Origin: a bacterium
GTDB lineage: Bacteria > Patescibacteriota > Patescibacteriia > Patescibacteriales > GWE2-39-37
DNA: 28,392 bases
Direction of reading: 5' to 3'
Assembly (NCBI GenBank): GCA_021786695.1
Contig: JAJYMT010000069.1
Span: 1-28,392, forward strand
Part shown: positions 16,790-24,025 of the stretch, in pieces
Layout: every line of letters starts with the position of its first letter
Numbering within the stretch: the first letter of the stretch is position 1
Notes under the pieces: model-generated
The model's database searches: none
Told to the model about the DNA's origin: nothing
What the model saw: only the letters and a program-made list of their open reading frames with translations
Made by a program: the position numbers and the translations under genes

Positions 16790-17533
16790 TTAGGGTGCGA
16801 CAGCTACGATGTTCCCAACCGGGCATGGTTTGTCCGAATTATACTGGTTCCTGAATTGCTGGATGCTGAATTCGATGTCGGCTCCGAATTTGTCGGTTTG
16901 CACATTATTGGTAACCGTGCCGGGAACCTCCCAGGCGATACCGTAATAAGTGGTGGAACCGCCGGTGAGTTTACCCAGGCCCCAGTTTTCAACCGCGTCC
17001 AGGGTGCCCGTGGTTAACTGGACATCACCGCAATTCGGACTGTAAACGTTATCACCCGGCCTTACATTGGCACATTCAACGGTATCGTTAGATTTCCCCA
17101 TATCGGACCAGATAGTGAAGATGGTGTTTTCGTCCAATTCGCCGTCGCCGGTCGGAGTGCAAGCCGGTTCTTCGGCCAATTCCGGTTCGGTGCAGCTGAC
17201 ATCAGAGTCGACATTCTTGGTGATTTTTGCAAAACCGCAAGCATCGTTGTTGTTTACATGCAAGCTGACGGTATCTTCACCCTTATCGCCGGGTTTGACG
17301 TCACCCAAGCTGAAAAACAGATCGCCTTGACCCAAATCCTTCAACGACCAGTTGCCATAGTTGGCGGTTTGGCCGTTGTAGGTGGCCTGGCTGTCAATCG
17401 TTAAATCGAGCGCCCCGGCGGTGAAAGTATTACCGGTCGAGGTCTCGGTGTCCGAGAAATAAGCGGTGGTGGCGCCGATGGCGACCGCCGCGACCGCCGC
17501 GATCATCGCGACGCTTAAAATAATTTTTTTCAT
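16790..17533 (-). CDS. tasA: TasA/camelysin-family protein, probable major fibre subunit
   Basis: 'MKKIILS...GATTAYFSDTETSTGNTFTAGALDLTID', 'DVKPGDKG'; first gene of the cluster; single domain. Confidence 0.85.
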   Translation of the reverse strand: MKKIILSVAMIAAVAAVAIGATTAYFSDTETSTGNTFTAGALDLTIDSQATYNGQTANYGNWSLKDLGQGDLFFSLGDVKPGDKGEDTVSLHVNNNDACGFAKITKNVDSDVSCTEPELAEEPACTPTGDGELDENTIFTIWSDMGKSNDTVECANVRPGDNVYSPNCGDVQLTTGTLDAVENWGLGKLTGGSTTYYGIAWEVPGTVTNNVQTDKFGADIEFSIQQFRNQYNSDKPCPVGNIVAVAP

Positions 17534-17680
17534 AGGTTTTCTTGCCGGTTAAACTTCCTTGATCGTCGCTGTCGTTCCATTCGACCTTTAAAATTTGGCG
17601 GCAGCGTAATCGTCCCTATAGTTTAACCGTGTTAGTTAATAATTTATTAATATATAAACTTAATAATCTTTTGAATATAA

Positions 17681-17729
17681 AACGCCCCCAAATAAATGAC
17701 TTGCAAGAAGCCACTGATTTGAGGGCGTT
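17681..17729 (-). terminator. Terminator-like hairpin after the zinc-ribbon gene
   Basis: Minus-strand RNA AACGCCCUCAAAU...AUUUGGGGGCGUU (13 bp with one G-U pair) followed by UUAUAUU. Confidence 0.55.
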
Positions 17730-17780
17730 GATGTTTCAAAGAAACGTATATGCCCGACTTGAATATTCAGTTGTAAATTA

Positions 17781-17996
17781 CTACGGCATCAGCGGGAAAG
17801 GCGCCGGCTCCTCTTCGCAGTAGGCCTCGGCCGGACTGCAGGTTTTGCACTGGATATATATATCATTTCCGCTAGGTGTCAGGATATTCTGGCTTTTGCA
17901 TTTCGGGCATTTCTTTTCCTGCTTCAGTGTCCCGGCCGATTTGGTGATGTTGGCGAAATGGTTCGAGCACCTGGCACAGCGCCACATAAAATCCAT
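17781..17996 (-). CDS. Small zinc-ribbon protein, Mu Com-like
   Basis: 'WRCARC...EKKCPKCKSQN...CKTC'; the RCxxC...CPxC..N spacing resembles phage Mu Com. Confidence 0.6.
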   Translation of the reverse strand: MDFMWRCARCSNHFANITKSAGTLKQEKKCPKCKSQNILTPSGNDIYIQCKTCSPAEAYCEEEPAPFPLMP

Positions 17997-18009
17997 ATTT
18001 TTTCGAATC

Positions 18010-18041
18010 AAAAAGCTCCGTCATCAATGACGGAGCTTTTT
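18010..18041 (-). terminator. 15-bp perfect hairpin plus U-tract 13 nt upstream of the Com-like start
   Basis: AAAAAGCTCCGTCAT-CA-ATGACGGAGCTTTTT. Confidence 0.75.
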
Positions 18042-18061
18042 CGCGTATGCTTCGCGTATGC
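18040..18061. repeat. Direct repeat TTCGCGTATGC x2 abutting the hairpin
   Basis: Exact copies at 18040-18050 and 18051-18061. Confidence 0.9.
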
Positions 18062-18206
18062 AATAAAATTAAACACACAAACAAACCAAGTTTCTGGCCG
18101 GGAACGTCTATTAAAGCAAAGATTCATCATCTTTTTTCAAAAAATTTTGAAAAATATGTAATTTTTTGCCAAAGATTAGTTGGTTTTACAGGTCAAAAGT
18201 ATTCAC

Positions 18207-18234
18207 AGCATAGCAAATAAGCGGGATTAGTCAA
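18207..18234 (-). promoter_or_regulatory. Promoter TTGACT-N16-TATGCT (extended -10) upstream of the Com-like gene
   Basis: -35 at 18229-18234, -10 at 18207-18212 preceded by TGC. Confidence 0.65.
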
Positions 18235-18306
18235 GCGATCCTTCCGAGTGATAGATAGAAATAAACCGCTAAAATTAAATTAATAATTTACTTGGATGCT
18301 CAAAAC

Positions 18307-18328
18307 AAAAAAGGTCCGGTCGGACCTT
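18307..18328 (-). terminator. Terminator after the CAP-domain gene
   Basis: AAGGTCC-GACC-GGACCTT-TTTT on the minus strand. Confidence 0.75.
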
Positions 18329-18337
18329 CGGCGGGGT

Positions 18338-18360
18338 TGTGGATAAGTTACTGTGGATAA
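18338..18360. promoter_or_regulatory. Two perfect DnaA boxes (TGTGGATAA) in direct orientation
   Basis: Exact consensus at 18338-18346 and 18352-18360. Confidence 0.7.
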
Positions 18361-18381
18361 GTCGCTATCGAAAAAGACGGA

Positions 18382-19986
18382 TTAAACCATAATCAACAAG
18401 ATCAGTAAAGCGATCAGTCCGACCGTCGAGCCGATAAGATGGTGGTGCTGTTTCTTTATTTCGATGAAGATATTCAAGACCAGCGCCAGCCCGGCCAGCG
18501 CCAGGAGTAATTTATAGTAACCGGAGGTAAAATCAAACATCGCCTGGACCAGGGGCGTCTGGTTGGCGCGCAGAAAACTGTAATGGCCGATCACGGAAGC
18601 CGGAGCCGTTCTGACCGCCGGCAGCGGTAAATTAAGGACGGCGTCGTTGCCGGCAAGGTCGCGCGCCCTGATTACGGCCGGCACTTCCGTGGCGCCGCTA
18701 GATTTTTCCGAAGAGAGCACGCCGTAGCCGAGCCAGCGATCAGCCCGGTTCTTATCCCGATAAAGGGTGATCGTATTCCCCCAAAAATCGGCCTGGGCGC
18801 TCGCGGTATCTTCGCTCAGGCGGGCGGTGATTTCAAGCGTGGTTTCGGATCCTCCCTTAAGCAATTTGATGCGGGAATCGGCAAGATCGAGTGCGGGCGC
18901 GGTCTTATCGATCGTGAGATCTATCGCGGAGGAGCTGGCCGTATATTTTCCGTTGCGCGCGATTGCCTGGGCGTGATAAACGCCCTCGGGCAAGGTCAGC
19001 ACCAGATAGCTCGTGTCGGCGGTCAGATTATCTGCCGCGACCTTGCGCTGGCCGTTTAAAAATAACTCAAAGGACGAAGCGCCGGGATGGCTTAGGACGA
19101 AATTAATTTCCGCTTTGTTGGTGACGGCAGAAGCGGCCGGCGAAATGATTACGGGCGCCGAAAGGGCTGCGGTCTTGGGCGGCGCGACTGCCGGCGCCTT
19201 ATTGCCGAGCACGCCGATCCTCGCGGTCCGCTCAAGCACCATCGCCGTCGCCGGTTCGCCCGCCGCAACAGCCGCCGCGGCCGGTTTCGCCCGCCGCGGC
19301 GCGCCGAAGTATTGCGCGACAAAAGTGGTGTCAGAATTTTTGTAACTGCCGGCAGAAAAGCCGACTCCGATCTCGCTGAAATCCTTATCGACCAGATTTT
19401 TCATATGAGTCGGACTGTTCTGCCAGGCCGTAACCGTTTCCTCGGGAGTGGAAAAACCCATTGCCAGATTCTCGCCTGCCACCGCGAAATCATATTTGGC
19501 CTGCGCGAGCCAAAAAGCCAGTCCCCTGCCCTCCGGATTCAGATGGGCGAAATATTCCTTTGTCAGCATATCCTGCGCTTTGCTTTCGGCCGCGTAATCA
19601 AGCAAACGGCTTTCATCGAGCAGATTTACGCCGGCCTGCTGGCGGAGACGGTTGGTCAGGTTGATGATTTTCTCGCCCTGCGCTCCGGCCGTGTCCGGCG
19701 CCAGCCAGGCGCTGATCGGCATCAGATAAACGAAAGCGATCAAGATCAGCTTGACCGCAACGGCCGAGGCGGCGTGGAATGCCACTCTTTTCGGATGCAG
19801 GATACGCGGAGCATAGTTGTTACCCTGATGAGGGATGAAAAGATTCTTGAGCGCGCCCGGCTTTGGGCCGGATTTCGTACCCGCTTCCGCTAAAGGCGAT
19901 TTTTTCCCGCCGGAAACATCAACCAGCCGCGGAAATTTTTGTTCCCGCAGCCAGAGTGAAAGTTTGCCTGTTAGTCGGCTGGTCAT
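18382..19986 (-). CDS. CAP (SCP-like) domain membrane protein with an Ig-like domain
   Basis: 'IINLTNRLR', 'AAESKAQDMLTKEYFAH', 'AGENLAMGF', 'WQNSPTHMKNL...FSEIGVG'; 'LTIDKTAPAL'; N- and C-terminal TM helices. Confidence 0.88.
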   Translation of the reverse strand: MTSRLTGKLSLWLREQKFPRLVDVSGGKKSPLAEAGTKSGPKPGALKNLFIPHQGNNYAPRILHPKRVAFHAASAVAVKLILIAFVYLMPISAWLAPDTAGAQGEKIINLTNRLRQQAGVNLLDESRLLDYAAESKAQDMLTKEYFAHLNPEGRGLAFWLAQAKYDFAVAGENLAMGFSTPEETVTAWQNSPTHMKNLVDKDFSEIGVGFSAGSYKNSDTTFVAQYFGAPRRAKPAAAAVAAGEPATAMVLERTARIGVLGNKAPAVAPPKTAALSAPVIISPAASAVTNKAEINFVLSHPGASSFELFLNGQRKVAADNLTADTSYLVLTLPEGVYHAQAIARNGKYTASSSAIDLTIDKTAPALDLADSRIKLLKGGSETTLEITARLSEDTASAQADFWGNTITLYRDKNRADRWLGYGVLSSEKSSGATEVPAVIRARDLAGNDAVLNLPLPAVRTAPASVIGHYSFLRANQTPLVQAMFDFTSGYYKLLLALAGLALVLNIFIEIKKQHHHLIGSTVGLIALLILLIMV

Positions 19987-20071
19987 ATCGATAATTATAA
20001 AACAATTCGCGTTTGCTGTAAAATTTTTAAAAAATCCCCCGGCCGGATCGCTCCAGCCGGGGGTGCTCTTG

Positions 20072-21235
20072 TCAGCTGACCGAGGTCATCAGGCCGACCG
20101 TGTCCACACCGTCCGCGCGGAAGGCATAGACCTGGTAGCGGCCGTCTTCCGCCGGTTCCCTGGTGCGGACGAACAGGGCGCCGTGGTTGGTGCCGCGGCG
20201 GCGCAGTTCGGCCAGGGTCTCGTCCGAGGCGATCACCATCGCCGAGACGACGCGGTTGGCCGAGTCGATCAGGACGATCTCCCGCTCGATTTCGAGCGGC
20301 TTCTCTTGCGACGGCTGCGGCCGGGTGAAGGTCAGGTTTTCCTTGACCTCCGTTTCGGCCACCGCCCCGCCCTTCTTGACCAGGCGGAAGTGCCTGAGAG
20401 CGGCCTCGGCCTTGGCCTCCGGCTGGTTCCAGCCGCTGACCACCAGGAACAGATCCCCGTGGTCGGCCACGCCGTGGTAGCCGGCCCGGTACTCTTCGAC
20501 CGTCAGCGGACAGCCGCTGACCCGCTCGCCGGTTTCGGTATAGGCGGCGATCCACTTCCGCAACGTCCGGTCGTGGAGTTCCTGCCGCCTCGCCGCGCGC
20601 TCCTCTTTGCGCCGGATCCGCTCCCGCTCTTCCGCCTCCCGTTTGTCCGCGGCCGCGCGCACCAGCTCTTTCCGCCGATCTTTCTCGAGTTTTTCCTCGA
20701 GCCGGCCCAGCGACTGCTCGACCGGAGTAAGCGCGTACCCGACGTTCAGGATGCGGTTGGTCTTGATCTTCAGCCGCCGGCCGGAAGCGATGTCGCCGCC
20801 GGGCATCAGCAGTTCCTTGCCGGCGATGGCCAGGGAGTTGCGCGCCGTGGAATCGGGTCCCAGCGGCAGGAAATCCTTCAGCGGGAAGGCGTACCGCAAC
20901 TGGAGCGTCTTCGGTCCATCGCCGGCAAGTACCGCCACCACCAGTTCCTGCTCCACCAGCACCAGCTTGAAGTGCCGGTAGACGCCGGGTGTCAGGTAGC
21001 TCTTGGCCCGGAAGAGCTCCAGCCGGTCCGCCAGGCGGCTGAATCCGGCCAGCAGCCAGTCGTGCTTCCAGTTCTTCGGCCGCCAGAAGGCGACCTCGAG
21101 CAGTTGCCCGAGCAGAGTGCAGGTGGTGATCATGCCGGAACCCTTCTCGTCGTCCCAGGAACGCTCCTCCTGGAGTGAAAAAAGATCGCCGAAATTCTTG
21201 CCGAGCCACGCGAGCGCCTCCGATACCGTAAACAT
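20072..21235 (-). CDS. Hypothetical protein (about 387 aa) with a central charged coiled coil
   Basis: GC-rich ORF, GGAAAGGGGGG upstream of the ATG at 21235, own consensus promoter; no family recognised. Confidence 0.8.
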   Translation of the reverse strand: MFTVSEALAWLGKNFGDLFSLQEERSWDDEKGSGMITTCTLLGQLLEVAFWRPKNWKHDWLLAGFSRLADRLELFRAKSYLTPGVYRHFKLVLVEQELVVAVLAGDGPKTLQLRYAFPLKDFLPLGPDSTARNSLAIAGKELLMPGGDIASGRRLKIKTNRILNVGYALTPVEQSLGRLEEKLEKDRRKELVRAAADKREAEERERIRRKEERAARRQELHDRTLRKWIAAYTETGERVSGCPLTVEEYRAGYHGVADHGDLFLVVSGWNQPEAKAEAALRHFRLVKKGGAVAETEVKENLTFTRPQPSQEKPLEIEREIVLIDSANRVVSAMVIASDETLAELRRRGTNHGALFVRTREPAEDGRYQVYAFRADGVDTVGLMTSVS

Positions 21236-21361
21236 CTGCACCCCCCTTTCCTGTCTGCTGTTGCGTTTTTTGGCTTCCAAGATCCCTGAACGATTCCCTT
21301 ATTTTTTGACGGCCGAAAAGCCGTCTGAATATGATTTGTAATGTTCAAAATACGATTTTAA

Positions 21362-21390
21362 ATTATATCATATTATAGAGTTTATGTCAA
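21362..21390 (-). promoter_or_regulatory. Consensus promoter TTGACA-N17-TATAAT
   Basis: -35 at 21385-21390, -10 at 21362-21367. Confidence 0.9.
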
Positions 21391-21431
21391 CCATCCGGTG
21401 CCTTCTAATATTTATTTAGCTAAAATAAAAC

Positions 21432-21479
21432 AAAAATACAGCCCCGCCCTTTTTGGAAAAAGGGCGGGGCTGTATTTTT
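21432..21479 (-). terminator. 23-bp perfect inverted-repeat terminator (could act in both directions)
   Basis: AAAAATACAGCCCCGCCCTTTTT-GG-AAAAAGGGCGGGGCTGTATTTTT. Confidence 0.88.
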
Positions 21480-21499
21480 TATGGGATAATTTCCTGTTC

Positions 21500-23917
21500 C
21501 TAGTACAAACCGGAGAATTGCTTGCGTACCGCGTCCTTGGTCGCGTCTTCCGGCAAAACGTTCAGCAAACTCTTGACCATCTCTCCCGCCTTCTGCCTTT
21601 CACCCACTTTCTGATAAAGCAGGGCAAGCGAGTAGAGCGAGTTGGCGTGGTTCGGATTGGCAGCCAGGATGCTCAAGAAAATCTGTTCGGAGTTGTTCAG
21701 GTCGTCGTTGCGGCCGATGGTCGCACCGGTAGCGCTGTTAGGCGAGACCGAAAGGCCCTGATCGGTCTGGCCGGTGGTGATATTGTTGCTGGCGGCCTGC
21801 CCCAGATCCGGTTTGACCACGCCGCGGTTAAACAGGATGCGGCCGAGCTCAAAACGGTAATCCAGGTTGTTGCCGGCCAGCACCGTGGCCTTCTTGAGCT
21901 GTTCGACGCTCTCACTCAGTTTGTTCATCTTTTCGTAAGCGATCGCCTGGCCGTAATAAGCGGCAGCCAAGTCGCTCTTCTTGTCGATCGCCTCCTGATA
22001 TTTTTTGATCGCCTCATTTAGATAGGTCTCTTTTTCTTTCGCGTCCTGCGCCAGGTTGGCGCGCGCCACGTTGATCAGGGCGATGCGGATGATCGGCGTC
22101 GGGTTGGCCGGATCAAGCTCCGCGTCCTTTTTATAGAGATTCTCGGCCCACTCGAGCGCCCCGCGGACATAGAAAGAGGCATTTTCATAGATCAGGGCCA
22201 GCCCCTCGTTGTTGGAGGCGGAGTTAGGCGCCAGGTCCACGGCCTTTTTGCCGTTATCGATGGCGTTCGCCAGATAATTGCCGACGGTCGTCTGATCGGC
22301 CCGTCCGGCGGCCTCCTGGTTGGCGAGCGCCAGATAGGTGTTCGCCAATTCCAGATAATATTTATCCTGATAGGGCGCGAGTTGCAGCGACTTGGTGAGC
22401 AGTTCGATCTTTTTGTTCTGGTCGGTTTCGCCGAGCGACTTCTGCGCGTAGATATCGGCCAGGTACATCTTAAAACCCATGGTGAACAGCACCACCACCG
22501 CAGCGGAAACGGTCAGAAAAATCGCGGACAATGCCAGCGCGTATTTGGGCGTGGCGCGGAAAGACAGGTTGACCGATTTGAACCGTTCGGGATAGATCGA
22601 CATCGCCACCGCGACCGTGAGAGCCGAGATCAATATCGCGACCAGGATGATCGAACCGTTGACCGGCAAAAGCAGCGCGGACAGGAGTACCACGACGAAA
22701 CTGGCGAACAACCCCAGCAAGATCAGTTGGGCATCTTTCTTGGCCGCTTTGATCAGCGCCAGGAAAGTGACGGACAAGGCGATCAACGCGATGATGATGA
22801 CGGCCAGAGTACCGAGCGAGCCGATCGTCGCCATGAATTCGAACAACGCTCCGGCGGCGCTGTCGAAGCGGGCGTTCCAGAGGATGGTACCGTTGAAATC
22901 CGGACTTTTGAACTTGCTGAAAGAATAATAAAAAGTAGAAGGGCCGGAACCGAGGATCGGATCAGCAATGATGCTGTTCTTGGCGATCTGCCAGGAAGCG
23001 GTGCGGGAAAGCGAGACCTCGGTCGGCAGGTTGAGCTTGGCAAAATTGAAGTTGCCAAGCACCAACTGGACGATCAGGAGCAGGAAGACCGCCACCGGAA
23101 TCACCATATCGTTCGATTCGGTCTTGATGATTTTTGCGAGCAGGAACATCAGGATGATTACCGCGCCGACCAGGGCCGCCGGCCAGAAAGTGAAGCCGGA
23201 CAGCAAGGTCAGGATTACCAGGTCAAGCAGAATCAACAGGCCCAGGACGATTTTTACGATCAGATTGAGGGTCTTGTTTTTATCCTCCCGCAATTCCTGG
23301 ATCTGAGAGGCCGCCACTACCAGGAGCGGCAAAGAGATGACGATGTAGGTGGTGAGCGAAGAAAGCGAACCGAGCGGATTAAAGCTCGCGGCCTTGGTGG
23401 CGACAATCGGCAGGATAAAGATGCCCGCGAGCTGGAGGATGGAATAGACGGAAATCAGGAAAGAAGAGCCGACCAGCGCCCAGAAAAACCACTTAGCGCG
23501 CTTGGCATCGATGTTATTGATCAAGAGATAATAGAACATGATAAAGGCGACCAGGCCGGCCAGTCCTTTGCTCGGATTGCCGAAGGCGCCGATCAAACTG
23601 TCTTTCTGACTGACGGACAGGATCGTTGACACGATGTAGACGACCACCAGTCCGACGATCGGCCAGTCGAGCGGCGTGCGCTTAAATTCCAGCTCTCCCT
23701 GGATCACGCCCTTGGAAACCCAGGCCACCGCGCCAAGGAGCACCAGGAAATAAAAGAGGATGTTTTTCTCAAACGGCAGGCCTTGCGAGGCCAGGCCGGT
23801 GAAAAACAGCGGCACCAAGAGGAAAATCAAAAAAAGCGCGCCGCCGACGATGTAGTCGAAACTTTTGGCCGCTCCTTGATCCTTGTTTTTGGCTTTAAGT
23901 TTGTCCACGATTTCCAT
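21500..23917 (-). CDS. O-antigen ligase/oligosaccharyltransferase-like membrane protein with C-terminal TPRs
   Basis: About 12 TM helices; 'WQIAKNSIIADPILGSGPSTF' (Wzy_C-like loop); TPR-like helices after about aa 490. Confidence 0.8.
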   Translation of the reverse strand: MEIVDKLKAKNKDQGAAKSFDYIVGGALFLIFLLVPLFFTGLASQGLPFEKNILFYFLVLLGAVAWVSKGVIQGELEFKRTPLDWPIVGLVVVYIVSTILSVSQKDSLIGAFGNPSKGLAGLVAFIMFYYLLINNIDAKRAKWFFWALVGSSFLISVYSILQLAGIFILPIVATKAASFNPLGSLSSLTTYIVISLPLLVVAASQIQELREDKNKTLNLIVKIVLGLLILLDLVILTLLSGFTFWPAALVGAVIILMFLLAKIIKTESNDMVIPVAVFLLLIVQLVLGNFNFAKLNLPTEVSLSRTASWQIAKNSIIADPILGSGPSTFYYSFSKFKSPDFNGTILWNARFDSAAGALFEFMATIGSLGTLAVIIIALIALSVTFLALIKAAKKDAQLILLGLFASFVVVLLSALLLPVNGSIILVAILISALTVAVAMSIYPERFKSVNLSFRATPKYALALSAIFLTVSAAVVVLFTMGFKMYLADIYAQKSLGETDQNKKIELLTKSLQLAPYQDKYYLELANTYLALANQEAAGRADQTTVGNYLANAIDNGKKAVDLAPNSASNNEGLALIYENASFYVRGALEWAENLYKKDAELDPANPTPIIRIALINVARANLAQDAKEKETYLNEAIKKYQEAIDKKSDLAAAYYGQAIAYEKMNKLSESVEQLKKATVLAGNNLDYRFELGRILFNRGVVKPDLGQAASNNITTGQTDQGLSVSPNSATGATIGRNDDLNNSEQIFLSILAANPNHANSLYSLALLYQKVGERQKAGEMVKSLLNVLPEDATKDAVRKQFSGLY

Positions 23918-23976
23918 AAATTTTAAAAATTATAAGGTTATTAACACCTTATTTGAAGTTATTTAAAGTTGCTAAA

Positions 23977-24005
23977 AGTATATCATATCCGAATATCGCT
24001 GACAA
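23977..24005 (-). promoter_or_regulatory. Promoter TTGTCA-N17-TATACT
   Basis: -35 at 24000-24005, -10 at 23977-23982. Confidence 0.75.
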
Positions 24006-24025
24006 TAAGCCAATTCGGCGCCTTC

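Noticed and set aside
18241-18360. Replication origin
   Set aside because: Only two boxes, no dnaA/dnaN nearby, and no switch in gene orientation
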